A stretch of DNA of 64,000 bases, from assembly GCA_937952305.1 (NCBI GenBank), contig CALFZO010000166.1:1487-65486 (forward strand), given 5' to 3'. The stretch's first letter is position 1; the number at the start of each line of letters is the position of its first letter. This DNA is from an uncultured Anaerolineales bacterium (lineage in GTDB: Bacteria > Chloroflexota > Anaerolineae > Anaerolineales > UBA6663). Below are positions 45,473 to 55,491 of this stretch, in pieces. Under the pieces are notes generated by a model. The model did no database searches, was not told the DNA's origin, and saw only the letters and a list, made by a program, of their open reading frames with translations. A program made the translations under genes and the position numbers.

Positions 45473-46933
45473 TCAGTCTTCGGCCACGGACTTAGCCTGT
45501 TCCCACAGGGTGTCCAGCTCGGCCAACGTCATGGCGCTCAGCTCGCGGCCTTGGGCGCGGGCCGCCGTCTCGATGTAAGCAAAACGCCCGGCGAAGCGGG
45601 CATTGGCCGCCCGCAGCGCCGACTCGGGGTCGATCTCCAGCCAGCGCGCCCAGTTGACCACGGCGAAGAGCAGGTCGCCCACTTCCAGGAATTGCTCCTC
45701 GGGCGCGGCGGCGGCCTCGATCTCGGCGATCTCCTCGTCCACCTTAGCCCGCGGCCCGCTGACATCCGGCCAGTCGAAGCCCACGCGCGCCGCCCGCTGC
45801 TGGTAAGTCTCGGCCTGGGCCAGCGCCGGCAGGCCGCGCGGCACGTCGCCCAGCACGCCGGTCTTGGTCTTCTTCGGTTTAGCCTTGCGCTCCTCGGCCT
45901 TGAGCTGCTCCCAATTCTTGACCACGTCCTGCGCGCCGGCGACGTGCACGTCGCCGAAGACATGGGGGTGGCGCCGGATGATCTTGGCCTGGATGTCGGC
46001 GATGACGTCGGCCAGCGAGTACTCGCCGGCCTCGATCGCGATCTGGGCATGCAGCACGATCTGCAGCAGCAGGTCGCCGAACTCCTCGCGCATCGCCTGG
46101 GCGTCGTCGCTGTCGATGGCGTGCAGGACCTCGTAGGTCTCCTCCAGCAGATTGCGGCGCAGGGTCTGGTGGGTCTGCTCGCGGTCCCACGGGCAGCCCT
46201 CCGGCGCGCGCAGGTGCGCGATGGTCTCCTGGAACGACTCCAACGCCGACTCGCGCGGCAGCGGCGGCACGTACAGGGTGGTCAGGTGGGCGATGTGCGG
46301 GCTGCGGTCCACCTCGTAAAGCGGCCCGGCCTCCACCAGTTCGTCGGCTGTCCCGGCGGCGTGGATCAGCGTCACCGGGTGCTCATCCGGATACTGGTTC
46401 ATCAAGGTGAGCTTGACGTCGCTGGCCAGGCGCGCGGAGTAGACTTGCGCCACCAGCGCCGGCGCGTCCGGGTGAAAAGGCGGATGGTGGCGCCCGGCCA
46501 ACTCCAGGGCATCGGCCAGTTGCAGGCGCGGCAGCGCGTCGGTGTTGAGCGCCTGCAGAGCCGGCTCCACGAACGACAATCCGGCCACCAGGCGCACCGG
46601 CAGCCCGCGTTCGGCCGCCCGCGCGCGGATGAGCTGCACCGAGGCTTCGGCCACGCACGGATGGCCCGGAACGGCGTAGACCACGCCCGCCGGCCGGGCG
46701 CCTAGCTCGAGCACGCGCTCAGCGATCGTGGCATAGACCTGCTCCGGCCGCTCCACGGTTTCGTAGAGCTCGTCGAAGCTGAAGCGCGCGACGCTGGCCG
46801 GGAGGCCGGCGACGGTGGGATGGCGGGCGGTGCGCAGGTGCACCTCGTCGGCGGCGCTGAGCACGTCCCAGGCCGCCCGCGTCAGCTGGCTGGGGTCGCC
46901 AGGACCGAGGCCGACAATAGTGATTCCGGGCAT
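45473..46933 (-). CDS. mazG: Tetrapyrrole-methylase-like + MazG nucleoside triphosphate pyrophosphohydrolase (YabN-like)
   Basis: ITIVGLGPG, YAVPGHP, LRAPEGCPWDREQT, EETYE, EEFGDLL and RRHPHVF motifs. Confidence 0.92.
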   Translation of the reverse strand: MPGITIVGLGPGDPSQLTRAAWDVLSAADEVHLRTARHPTVAGLPASVARFSFDELYETVERPEQVYATIAERVLELGARPAGVVYAVPGHPCVAEASVQLIRARAAERGLPVRLVAGLSFVEPALQALNTDALPRLQLADALELAGRHHPPFHPDAPALVAQVYSARLASDVKLTLMNQYPDEHPVTLIHAAGTADELVEAGPLYEVDRSPHIAHLTTLYVPPLPRESALESFQETIAHLRAPEGCPWDREQTHQTLRRNLLEETYEVLHAIDSDDAQAMREEFGDLLLQIVLHAQIAIEAGEYSLADVIADIQAKIIRRHPHVFGDVHVAGAQDVVKNWEQLKAEERKAKPKKTKTGVLGDVPRGLPALAQAETYQQRAARVGFDWPDVSGPRAKVDEEIAEIEAAAAPEEQFLEVGDLLFAVVNWARWLEIDPESALRAANARFAGRFAYIETAARAQGRELSAMTLAELDTLWEQAKSVAED

Positions 46934-46961
46934 AGGCATCTCCACAAGACACTCACCCAAC

Positions 46962-46995
46962 AAAAAAGGGATTAGGGCATCTTACCCTAATCCCT
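46962..46995 (-). terminator. Intrinsic terminator after rpsI
   Basis: AGGGATTAGGG...CCCTAATCCCT 11-bp stem with a T6 tail on the minus strand. Confidence 0.85.
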
Positions 46996-47022
46996 GGAAA
47001 CACGAAGCCAACGCCGGCGCGT

Positions 47023-47415
47023 TTAGCGCTTGGTGTAGGTCGGCGCCTTGCGCGCGCGCTTGAGACCCGGCTTCTTGCGTTCCTTCTCGCGGTCGTCGCG
47101 TGTCAGGAAGCCGCCCTTGCGCAGCGGTTTGCGGTAGTCCGGGTTGAACTTGAGCAGCGCACGCGCAATGGCCATGCGCGCCGCGCCCACCTGACCGGTG
47201 ACGCCGCCGCCCACCAGTTTCAGCGTCACGTTGTAGCGGCCGAGCGTGCCGGTCACCTTGAGCGGCGCCTGAATGGACTCAAGGTCGCCGATGCGCCCGA
47301 AGTACTCCAGGCCGGGCTTGTCATTGCACGTGATGGCGCCATCGCCAGCCATCACGCGGGCCCGAGCGGTGCTGGTCTTGCGGCGGCCGACGCCTTCGTA
47401 GTATTGAACAGTCAT
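47023..47415 (-). CDS. rpsI: 30S ribosomal protein S9
   Basis: GVGRRKTS, GGGVTGQ, KPGLKRARKAPTYTKR. Confidence 0.98.
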   Translation of the reverse strand: MTVQYYEGVGRRKTSTARARVMAGDGAITCNDKPGLEYFGRIGDLESIQAPLKVTGTLGRYNVTLKLVGGGVTGQVGAARMAIARALLKFNPDYRKPLRKGGFLTRDDREKERKKPGLKRARKAPTYTKR

Positions 47416-47419
47416 AGCA

Positions 47420-47854
47420 TTACTCCAGCTTCATTTCCTTCGGTTGCTGCGCCTGATGCGGGTGCTCCGGCCCGGCGTAGATCTTGAGCTTCTTGAGCAT
47501 GGCCCGGCCCAACCGGTTGTGCGGCAGCATGCCCTTCACCGCGTGGGTCAGCACACGGTCCGGGTGCTTGCTCAGCTGCTCGCGCAGCGTCGTGGTGCGC
47601 AGGCCGCCCGGGTAGCCGGAGTAGTCAAAGTACTCCTTGTCCTCGAGCTTGGCGCCGGTCACCGTGATTTTTTCCACGTTGATGACCACGACAAAGTCGC
47701 CGGTGTCCAGGCTGGGGGTAAAGATGGGCTTGTGCTTGCCCCGCAAGACCGCGGCCACGCGGGTGGCCAAGCGGCCCAGGTTCTGGCCCGCCGCATCCAC
47801 GACATACCAGTCGTGCTGGATCGCGTCCTTTTTGGTGACGTATGTCTTCTGCAC
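47420..47854 (-). CDS. rplM: 50S ribosomal protein L13
   Basis: WYVVDA...LGRLAT, GKHKP, GMLP...LGR, HPHQAQQP. Confidence 0.98.
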   Translation of the reverse strand: MQKTYVTKKDAIQHDWYVVDAAGQNLGRLATRVAAVLRGKHKPIFTPSLDTGDFVVVINVEKITVTGAKLEDKEYFDYSGYPGGLRTTTLREQLSKHPDRVLTHAVKGMLPHNRLGRAMLKKLKIYAGPEHPHQAQQPKEMKLE

Positions 47855-47866
47855 GTTCCGTTCCTC

Positions 47867-48601
47867 TCAGTAGAGTACTTCCATCAAGCACAGCCCGTTC
47901 GGCGGCGCCAGCGGCGGGCATTGGGCCCGGTTGCGGGCACTCAGCAGGTCGGCCAGGGCGTCTGGCGTTAGCTCGCCCGTGCCGACCAGTTTGAGGGCGC
48001 CGGTCACGCTGCGCACCATCCGATACAAGAAGGCATCGGCCTGGATTTCAAAGATCAGGTCAGCGTCCCGAGCCGACCACTCCGCCCGGCTGACCGTGCG
48101 GACCGTATTGCTGCCTTCGTCCGGGTCCGTCCCGAACGTCGCAAAGTCATGGCGCCCCACCAGCGCGCGGCTGGCAGCCTGGAGGGCAGCCCCGTCCAGG
48201 GGTCGCGCCACATGCCAGGCGTATCGGTCGCGCAGGGGCGAACGAGTCGGCGCATTGTAAATCGTGTAGCGGTACCGGCGCGCCCGGGCCGCAAACCGCG
48301 GCTGGAAACCGGCCGCACACTCGCTGGCTGAGCAGATCGCCAAGTCAACCGGCAAATTCACGTTCAGCGCGCGGACCAGCGCCGCGTCGCCGTGGCCCCA
48401 CTCTAGATCGAAGGCCACCACCTGCCCGGCGGCGTGGACGCCCGTGTCGGTGCGTCCGGCGCCCCAGAGCGTCCGCCCGGTCCAACCTATCCGGCCGAGG
48501 GCCGCTTCGAGCTCTCCCTGGACCGTCCGGCCGTGCGCCTGTCTTTGGAAGCCCAGGAACTCCGTGCCGTCGTACTCAACAACCGCCCGATAGCGGGCCA
48601 T
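47867..48601 (-). CDS. truA: tRNA pseudouridine(38-40) synthase
   Basis: YDGTEFLGFQ, AGRTDTGVHA, FLYRMVR and APPNGL motifs. Confidence 0.96.
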   Translation of the reverse strand: MARYRAVVEYDGTEFLGFQRQAHGRTVQGELEAALGRIGWTGRTLWGAGRTDTGVHAAGQVVAFDLEWGHGDAALVRALNVNLPVDLAICSASECAAGFQPRFAARARRYRYTIYNAPTRSPLRDRYAWHVARPLDGAALQAASRALVGRHDFATFGTDPDEGSNTVRTVSRAEWSARDADLIFEIQADAFLYRMVRSVTGALKLVGTGELTPDALADLLSARNRAQCPPLAPPNGLCLMEVLY

Positions 48602-48629
48602 GGGCCGCCGGCGGCTGACCGCGCCGCCG

Positions 48630-49028
48630 CTATTCCTCCACCATCTCGAGCAGCACCATGTCGGCGGCGTCGCCCAGGCGCGGACCCAGCTTTCGGATGC
48701 GCGTGTAGCCGCCCGGGCGCCGTTCGTAACGCGGCGCGATGGTGTCGAACAACTTCTTGACGAGCTTCGGGTCGTCCACCTTGGTCGCGGCCATGCGGCG
48801 CGCGTGCACCAGGCGGGCCTTGGCTTCCGGCGTTTCCCCGGTGCCGGACTTCAGCCCGCGCTTGGCGACCGTGATCAGGCGCTCCAGCTCACCGCGAATG
48901 AACTTGGCCTTGGCCTCGGTGGTCTTGATGCGCTCATGCTCGAGCAGTTGCTTGAGCATGGTGCGCCGCAGGCCATTACGTTGGGTCAGACTCCGGCCGA
49001 GCTTGCGGCCAGCGACTTGATGTTTCAT
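48630..49028 (-). CDS. rplQ: 50S ribosomal protein L17
   Basis: RKLGR...R, ERIKTTEAKAK, RPGGYTRI. Confidence 0.98.
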   Translation of the reverse strand: MKHQVAGRKLGRSLTQRNGLRRTMLKQLLEHERIKTTEAKAKFIRGELERLITVAKRGLKSGTGETPEAKARLVHARRMAATKVDDPKLVKKLFDTIAPRYERRPGGYTRIRKLGPRLGDAADMVLLEMVEE

Positions 49029-50002
49029 GCTGTCTTCTCCGACTCGGGCTTGGGCTCGCCGTCTTTCAGGTAGCCCTTCTCGCGCAGCTTCGTCCGCAGC
49101 TCATCCAGGCTCTTATCGCCGAAGTTGCGGATGGCCAACATGGCCTCCTCGCCCTTGCCGAGCATATCCAGAACTTCGCCGATCGTGGTGATGCCGGTGC
49201 GCTTCAACGAGTTGAAGACCCGCACCGACAGATCCAGGTTTTCGATCGGCAGCTCATAGATTTCGCTGGACATCTTCGGCGCCTCTTCGGTCGGGGCGGC
49301 CGGGGCCAGCGACTCTTCGGTGACGCCCGCAATCAGGCGCAGGTGCGCCATCAGGACTTGGGCGCTCTGTTTCAGGGCGGCCTCCGGGCGGATCGTGCCG
49401 TCCGTCCAGACCTCCATCACCAGCTTGTCGTAGTTGGTGTTCTGTCCGACGCGGGCCCGCTGCACCTCAAAGGCCACGCGTTTGATCGGGCTGTAGATCG
49501 CGTCGACCGGCACCTCGCCGATCGGCAGGCGGCCGCGCTCCTCGGCCGGCGAATAGCCACGACCGCGCTGGACCGTCATCTCGATTTCCAGGCGCGTCTT
49601 GTCGTTGTCAACCGTGAACAGGTACAGGTCCGGGTTGACGATCTCGACCTCGGACGGGCAGATGATGTCGGCCGCGGTCACTTCGCCTTCACCCTGCACG
49701 TCCAGGCGCAGACGCGCGGTCTCGCCCTCGTGCAGGATCAAGCGCAGTTGTTTGACCTGCAGCAGCACCTGCGTCATGTCCTCTTTCACGCCCGGAATAT
49801 CCGAGAACTCGTGCGGGACATCCGAGACGCGGATGGACGAAACGGCGGCGCCGTCCAGGGAGGCCAGCAGCACCCGGCGCAACGCATTGCCCACCGTGAC
49901 GCCGTAGCCGCTTTCCAGCGGGCTGATGATGAACTTGCCGTAGTTCCGCGAAATACTCTCGCCCTCGATCTTGGGCAAGACCATATTGTTGGTGACGTTC
50001 AT
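49025..50002 (-). CDS. rpoA: RNA polymerase alpha subunit
   Basis: PLESGYGVTVGNALRRVLL, HEFS.IPGV.ED and LSVR..N.LKR motifs. Confidence 0.98.
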   Translation of the reverse strand: MNVTNNMVLPKIEGESISRNYGKFIISPLESGYGVTVGNALRRVLLASLDGAAVSSIRVSDVPHEFSDIPGVKEDMTQVLLQVKQLRLILHEGETARLRLDVQGEGEVTAADIICPSEVEIVNPDLYLFTVDNDKTRLEIEMTVQRGRGYSPAEERGRLPIGEVPVDAIYSPIKRVAFEVQRARVGQNTNYDKLVMEVWTDGTIRPEAALKQSAQVLMAHLRLIAGVTEESLAPAAPTEEAPKMSSEIYELPIENLDLSVRVFNSLKRTGITTIGEVLDMLGKGEEAMLAIRNFGDKSLDELRTKLREKGYLKDGEPKPESEKTA

Positions 50003-50096
50003 GTCGCTCCCTTTCCCCCCGGCGCCGGCCGGTCGCGGCTGGGTGTCCAGACGCTGCGGCGAGCGGCGCGCGCGGGGCCAATCCGATCAGGGTCGC

Positions 50097-50747
50097 TTAC
50101 CGCGAGTAGTACTCGACGATCAGCTGCTCGTTCAGGTTGGCGTCGATGTCCTCACGCGCGGGGAGCTTGGCGACCTGGGCCGAGAGCGTGGTCCAATTCC
50201 GAATCAGCCAACCCGGCGCCGAACGCGGCTCGTCCGACTCTTTGAGCGTCTTGAAGTAGGTGAGCTTCTGGGATCCCAGTCTGACTTCCAGCGTATCGCC
50301 TGGCTTGACGAGCTGGGACGGGATGCTCGACCGCCGGCCGTTGACATTGAAGTGGCCATGGGTCACCAACTGGCGGGCCTGCGCCCGGCTGTCGGCATAA
50401 CCCAACCGGAAGACCACGTTGTCCAGGCGGCGCTCCAGCAGCTGGAGCATCATCTGGCCGGTCACGCCGCGGCTCTTCAGCGCCATGCTGTAGTAGCGTC
50501 GGAACTGCCGCTCCATCACGCCGTAGACCCGGCGCGCCTTCTGCTTCTCGCGCAGCTGAAGCAAGTAGTCCGACGAGCGATTGCGCTTGAACTGCGCGTC
50601 ACGGCCGTGCTGGCCGGGCGCGAAGTCGCGGCGGTTGTCCTGCTTCTCAAACGGGCACTTGGCCGAAAGGCAGCGCGCGCCCTTGAGGTAGAGCTTCTCA
50701 CCTTCACGCCGGCATAGCCTGCAAACCGGCCCCGTGTACTTTGCCAT
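50097..50747 (-). CDS. rpsD: 30S ribosomal protein S4
   Basis: MAKYTGPVCRLCRREG, QLREKQK, LERRLDNVV. Confidence 0.98.
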   Translation of the reverse strand: MAKYTGPVCRLCRREGEKLYLKGARCLSAKCPFEKQDNRRDFAPGQHGRDAQFKRNRSSDYLLQLREKQKARRVYGVMERQFRRYYSMALKSRGVTGQMMLQLLERRLDNVVFRLGYADSRAQARQLVTHGHFNVNGRRSSIPSQLVKPGDTLEVRLGSQKLTYFKTLKESDEPRSAPGWLIRNWTTLSAQVAKLPAREDIDANLNEQLIVEYYSR

Positions 50748-50822
50748 ACGTTCGTTTTCCTTCCACTGCCGCCGCGTGCGCCCACCGGCGCCGCGCAGCG
50801 GCCATGCCATTCGACTGGTGGA

Positions 50823-51224
50823 TCAGACGCGGCGGCGCTTCGGCGGCCGGCAGCCGTTGTGCGGGATGGGCGTCTCGTCATTGATCGAGCGGACCCGCAG
50901 CCCAACGCTCTGGATGGCGCGGATGGCGGACTCGCGGCCGGGGCCAGGCCCCTTCACGAACAATTCCACCTCAGCCATGCCCAAGTTCTGGGCCTGTTGA
51001 GCGGCCTGTTGCGCCGCCATCCGGGCGGCGTACGGCGTGCTCTTGCGCGAGCCCTTGAACCCGGCCGTGCCGGCCGAAGCCCAACAGACCGTCTGGCCCT
51101 GCTGGTCGGTGAAGGTCACGATGGTGTTATTGAAGGACGCGAACACATGCGCCTGTCCCAACGCGGGCGCGTTCTTGGCCTTCTTGCCGGTGTTACGCCG
51201 TGCAACTTTGGTAGGACGAGCCAT
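50823..51224 (-). CDS. rpsK: 30S ribosomal protein S11
   Basis: [32 protein letters not shown]. Confidence 0.98.
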   Translation of the reverse strand: MARPTKVARRNTGKKAKNAPALGQAHVFASFNNTIVTFTDQQGQTVCWASAGTAGFKGSRKSTPYAARMAAQQAAQQAQNLGMAEVELFVKGPGPGRESAIRAIQSVGLRVRSINDETPIPHNGCRPPKRRRV

Positions 51225-51346
51225 TCTGCCTCACTATCTGATCCTGAGTAGTGCCTACGAACCGCCAGCTCAACCGATCGGGACGCAGCCGCGGGCTGGA
51301 AGGATGCCCAACGTCCCGGTCGCCGCACTGGCAGCCACGTCTTCGA

Positions 51347-51733
51347 TTACTTCTTCTTGGCGCCGCGCCGGCGACCGCGCCCGGCCACTGTCTTCTTGGT
51401 GCCTTTGCGCGTGCGGGCGTTGGTGCGGGTGCGCTGGCCGCGCGCCGGCAGGTTGCGGCGATGGCGCAAGCCGCGATAGCAGCCGATTTCCATCAGGCGC
51501 TTGATATTCAGCTGCACCTCGCGGCGCAGGTCGCCCTCCACCACGAAATGCTGCGAAATGTAGTCGCGGATCGCGGACGCTTCGGTCTCGGTCAGGTCGC
51601 GGATACGCTTGTCCGGGCTGATTTTGGTCGAGGCCAGGATATCACTGACCGACTTCGGCCCGATGCCGTACAGGTAGGTGAGCCCGATCTCGACGCGCTT
51701 ATCGCGCGGCAGGTCAACGCCTTCAATACGCAT
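51347..51733 (-). CDS. rpsM: 30S ribosomal protein S13
   Basis: [35 protein letters not shown]. Confidence 0.98.
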   Translation of the reverse strand: MRIEGVDLPRDKRVEIGLTYLYGIGPKSVSDILASTKISPDKRIRDLTETEASAIRDYISQHFVVEGDLRREVQLNIKRLMEIGCYRGLRHRRNLPARGQRTRTNARTRKGTKKTVAGRGRRRGAKKK

Positions 51734-51757
51734 AGCTTGCTTCGCTCCTCAATCAAC

Positions 51758-51871
51758 TCAACCCTGGCGCTGCTTGTGCGTCGGGTCCGAACAAATCACG
51801 TACACACGGCCGCGCCGGCGCACAATCTTGCACTTGGCGCAGCGCTTGCGAATAGACGCCTGGACTTTCAT
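51758..51871 (-). CDS. rpmJ: 50S ribosomal protein L36 (Zn-binding C+ form)
   Basis: Manual translation [37 protein letters not shown]. Absent from the ORF track. Confidence 0.97.
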   Translation of the reverse strand: MKVQASIRKRCAKCKIVRRRGRVYVICSDPTHKQRQG

Positions 51872-51907
51872 CGATGCAACTCCCAATTTGAATGAGCGCA
51901 AACCTAA

Positions 51908-51913
51908 ATTATA
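51908..51913 (-). promoter_or_regulatory. -10 element upstream of rpmJ (internal alpha-operon promoter candidate)
   Basis: Perfect TATAAT on the minus strand in the AT-richer map-rpmJ spacer. Confidence 0.5.
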
Positions 51914-51944
51914 CTCGGCACTTGACATTTCGGCTAGGGCCGAT

Positions 51945-52706
51945 TTAGGGCCGGGTCAAGACTTCAGGTGCGCCCTCCGTAATTGCTACGGTATGCTCAA
52001 AATGCGCCGCCAACGACCCATCCGCCGAAACCACCGTCCACTGATCTGGCTGCACCAGAGTGTCTGGCGTCCCGACGATCACCATCGGCTCAACCGCTAG
52101 AACCATCCCCGCGCGCAACAGCCGGCCCGTGCCAGCCTGGCCGAGGTTGGGCACGTCCGGCGGCTCATGCATCGCGCGCCCGACACCGTGCCCGGTATAC
52201 TCATGCGCCAGGCAGTAGCCCTGCCCTTCGACGTGGGCCTGGATCGCCGCCGACACATCGCCAATGCGCCGGCCGGGCCGCAGCTGCTCGATCCCAGCCG
52301 CCAGCGCCTGTTCGGTCACGGTCAGCAGCCGTTCGACTTCAGCCGAGCAGCGCCCCACCCCAACGCTGATAGCCGTGTCGGCATAAAAGCCCTGGTACAC
52401 AACGCCGCAATCCAGGCTGACCAAGTCGCCTTCGCGGATCGCCCGCGGGCCAGGCAGGCCGTGCACCAACTGCTCGTTGATCGAGATGGTGCTGACGAAC
52501 GGATATGGATACGGACCAGGATAGCCCTTGAAGGCCGGCTGGGCCTTGTGGCGGACGATCTCTTTCTCGGCGATCGCGTCCAGCTGCCGGGTAGTGATGC
52601 CGGGCCGGAGCTCGGCCCGCATCGCCGCCAAGGCCTGGGCCGCGATCTGGCCGGCCGCGCGCATGACAGCGATCTCGCGCGGGCTCTTGCGCTCTACAGC
52701 CGGCAT
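51945..52706 (-). CDS. map: Methionine aminopeptidase type I
   Basis: [26 protein letters not shown]...HE.P, AVEPM and AHFEHT motifs. Confidence 0.96.
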   Translation of the reverse strand: MPAVERKSPREIAVMRAAGQIAAQALAAMRAELRPGITTRQLDAIAEKEIVRHKAQPAFKGYPGPYPYPFVSTISINEQLVHGLPGPRAIREGDLVSLDCGVVYQGFYADTAISVGVGRCSAEVERLLTVTEQALAAGIEQLRPGRRIGDVSAAIQAHVEGQGYCLAHEYTGHGVGRAMHEPPDVPNLGQAGTGRLLRAGMVLAVEPMVIVGTPDTLVQPDQWTVVSADGSLAAHFEHTVAITEGAPEVLTRP

Positions 52707-52737
52707 ACGGCGCTCACGCTGCGGCGGCAGGGTTGCG

Positions 52738-53421
52738 TCACCCGTTCGCCGGCGTCCGGCCCGTGGCCGTGTACACGGCCGCATGCAACTGGGCGGTGAC
52801 ATCTGCCACCGACTGCTCACCCTGGATCTCCACGAGCCGACCGCGGCTCCGGTAGAAATCGATCAGCGGCGCCGTCTGCTCCATAAAGACCCGGATGCGT
52901 TTGGCCTGCACCTCGGCCTTGTCGTCGTCGCGCTGATACAGCTCCGTCCCATCCTCGTCGCAACGGCCGGCGACTTGGGGCGGATTGGTCACTAAGTTGT
53001 ACACGTGCTGCAGCGGCCCGCGGCACACGTAGCGCGACGCCAGCCGCTCCAGCAACACCGCCTCCCGCACGATCATGTACAGGACGGTGTCCACCTGCCC
53101 GCCGAATTCGGACAGCAGCGCGTCCAGCGCGGTAGCCTGCGCCACCGTGCGCGGGAAGCCGTCCAGCAGCGCGCCAGGCCGCGCGTCCGGCTGCAACAGC
53201 CGGTCCCGGATCATCTGGATGGTGACGTCATCCGGCACCAGCTCGCCCTTGTCCATATACCGCTTGGCCAGCTGCCCCAGCGGCGTCATCCGCTTCAGGT
53301 TGTCGCGGAACAGGTCGCCCGAGGCTACCTGGGGCAGCCCGTACTCAACGCTCAGGATGTGCGCCTGCGTGCCCTTGCCGGCGCCCGGTGGACCAAACAG
53401 CAGGAAGTACCTGGGCGTCAT
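52738..53421 (-). CDS. adk: Adenylate kinase
   Basis: GPPGAGKGTQA, GELVPD, LDGFPRT and RDDD motifs. Confidence 0.97.
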   Translation of the reverse strand: MTPRYFLLFGPPGAGKGTQAHILSVEYGLPQVASGDLFRDNLKRMTPLGQLAKRYMDKGELVPDDVTIQMIRDRLLQPDARPGALLDGFPRTVAQATALDALLSEFGGQVDTVLYMIVREAVLLERLASRYVCRGPLQHVYNLVTNPPQVAGRCDEDGTELYQRDDDKAEVQAKRIRVFMEQTAPLIDFYRSRGRLVEIQGEQSVADVTAQLHAAVYTATGRTPANG

Positions 53422-53432
53422 AGGCCCCCCGT

Positions 53433-54764
53433 CTACTTGACCAGAAGCGAGTCATTGAAGCCGCGCAGCTTCAACTCGGCATCCAGGCCGAAGAACGTAT
53501 CCCGCACAACGCCGACCACAATCAGCAGACCGGTGCTCAGGATCGACAGCGAAGTAGCCCCGGGCAACAGCGGCCGCACCAGGAACGGCATGACCGCCAC
53601 GATCCCGAGGAACAGCGCCCCGGGCAGCGTGATCCGGCGCAGCACCTTGGTCAGATACTTCTGGGTCGGTGTGCCTTTAGTCACTCCCGGGATCTGGGCC
53701 CCGGCCCGCTTCAGGTTCTCGCCGTAGTTCTGCTGAGTGAAGAGCACGTCCGTGTAGAAGAACGTGAACGCCACCACCATCAGAAAATACAGCAGCCAGT
53801 ACCATTCGCTCGTGCCGCCGAACAGCCGGCTGACCGCGCTGGCCGCGTCGGCCACCCACTGGGTCGTCGACGTGACAAAGAACTGCGCGATGATGGCCGG
53901 GAAAGACAGCAGCGCCTGGGCGAAGATGATCGGGATCATGCCGGCCATGTTGATCTGCAGCGGCAGATTGCCGCGCACCGGCATGCTCATGCGGTTGCCC
54001 ATGCGCCGGCCGGGATAGAGCACCGGCACATTGCGGCGGCCCTGCTGCACAAACACGATCACGAACACCATCAGCACGACCAGCAGCACGAAGACCACGA
54101 TATACAGCAGCCAGCGGGTCTGATCCTGCAGCAGCGTCAGCAGCTGGGTGGGGATGCGCGCCACGATACCGGCGAAGATGATCAGCGACAGGCCCTGCTT
54201 GCGCAGGCCGTACTCTGAGATCAACTCACCCAGCCAGATGGCGAACATGGTCCCGCCGGTCATCGAGATGATCATGGTGATCGTCGGCAGGTTAAACCCA
54301 AGCTCGCCAAACGTCAGGATGGGCGTAGTCGCCGACGGCTGCAGCGTGCGGATCAGCTGGATCTGGCCGAAGGCGTTCAAGGCCGCCATCGGCACCGCCA
54401 GGTAATAGGTCCACCGCTCCATCAACTCGCGGCCGCGGGTGGGGTCTTCTTCCATCACGCGCTGCAGGCGCGGGATGATCGGCACGAGCAACTGCAGGAT
54501 GATCTGGGCGGTGATGTAGGGGTACACCCCCATCGCCAGCACCGAGAAGTTGGACACCGTGCCGCCCGAGAGCAGATCCAGGATGCCCAAGAAATTGCCG
54601 CCCGCGCCGCCGGAGTTCAAGATCGCGCGCACCGCCTCCACATTCACGCCCGGCACCGGGACGTGCGCTGCCAGCCGGTAGACAACCAGCAAGGCGATCG
54701 TAATCAGGATTCGGTTGCGCAGGTCTTCAGCGGTCCAGATGTACCGCCAAGCCGATAGTTTCAT
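53433..54764 (-). CDS. secY: Preprotein translocase SecY
   Basis: FSVLAMGVYPYITAQII, WLGELISE, G.SLIIFAGI, AGMIPIIFA. Confidence 0.97.
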   Translation of the reverse strand: MKLSAWRYIWTAEDLRNRILITIALLVVYRLAAHVPVPGVNVEAVRAILNSGGAGGNFLGILDLLSGGTVSNFSVLAMGVYPYITAQIILQLLVPIIPRLQRVMEEDPTRGRELMERWTYYLAVPMAALNAFGQIQLIRTLQPSATTPILTFGELGFNLPTITMIISMTGGTMFAIWLGELISEYGLRKQGLSLIIFAGIVARIPTQLLTLLQDQTRWLLYIVVFVLLVVLMVFVIVFVQQGRRNVPVLYPGRRMGNRMSMPVRGNLPLQINMAGMIPIIFAQALLSFPAIIAQFFVTSTTQWVADAASAVSRLFGGTSEWYWLLYFLMVVAFTFFYTDVLFTQQNYGENLKRAGAQIPGVTKGTPTQKYLTKVLRRITLPGALFLGIVAVMPFLVRPLLPGATSLSILSTGLLIVVGVVRDTFFGLDAELKLRGFNDSLLVK

Positions 54765-54777
54765 CGCCTAGCTCCGC

Positions 54778-55224
54778 TTACGCGAGGATCACGACTTTGC
54801 CGCCGGCGGCCTCGACTTTGGCCACAGCCGACTTGCTGGCGCGGTGGACCTGGATCGTCAGGGCCTTCTGCAGGTCCCCTTCGCCCAGCAGGACGATGGG
54901 CTGGCTGAGATCACGCACCACCCCGGCCGCCACCAACGCCTCTGGCGTGACCTCGGCGCCGGCTTCAAAGCCCGCCAGCCGGGCCAGGTTGACCTCGACG
55001 AAGTCGGTTCGGAAGATGTTGATGAAACCGCGCTTGAACGGCAAGCTGCGGTAGAACGGCAGGTTGCCGCCTTGGCGGTACAGCTTGCCGCCGCTGCCCG
55101 TCCGGGCGCCCTCGCCTTTGGTGCCGCGCCCGGCGGTCTTGCCCTGGCCGGCCGAGATACCGCGCCCGACGCGGCGTTTCTTACGGTTAGCCCCGGCATT
55201 CGGGGCCAGATCGTGCAACTTCAT
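54778..55224 (-). CDS. rplO: 50S ribosomal protein L15
   Basis: RVGRGISAGQGKTAGRGTKG. Confidence 0.98.
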   Translation of the reverse strand: MKLHDLAPNAGANRKKRRVGRGISAGQGKTAGRGTKGEGARTGSGGKLYRQGGNLPFYRSLPFKRGFINIFRTDFVEVNLARLAGFEAGAEVTPEALVAAGVVRDLSQPIVLLGEGDLQKALTIQVHRASKSAVAKVEAAGGKVVILA

Positions 55225-55290
55225 GAGTGCCTCCGGAATTCGGACAGCGGCGTTTCGGCGCGGACGCGCCCACCGCCGACCGGACTACCG

Positions 55291-55491
55291 TTACGCTGCC
55301 TCTACCTTTACCAGCCGTGCCACCTTAGCCAGCATCCCGCGGAGCTGCGGCGTATCAGCCTGCTCCACTGTCTGATGCATCCGGCGCAGGCCGAGCGCCC
55401 GCACCGTCGCCTTGTGGCGCTGCGTGAACCCGATCGGGCTGCGCACCAACGTGATGCGCAGCGTCTTGGGGGCTGAACCTTTACTGTCCAT
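55291..55491 (-). CDS. rpmD: 50S ribosomal protein L30
   Basis: [11 protein letters not shown]...TVRALGLRR. Confidence 0.96.
   Translation of the reverse strand: MDSKGSAPKTLRITLVRSPIGFTQRHKATVRALGLRRMHQTVEQADTPQLRGMLAKVARLVKVEAA

Noticed and set aside
50003-50822. Hairpins in the rpsK-rpsD and rpsD-rpoA spacers (also rpmD-rplO and rpsC-rplP)
   Set aside because: Short GC-only stems that could easily arise by chance at this composition; less extensive than the two spacers reported.
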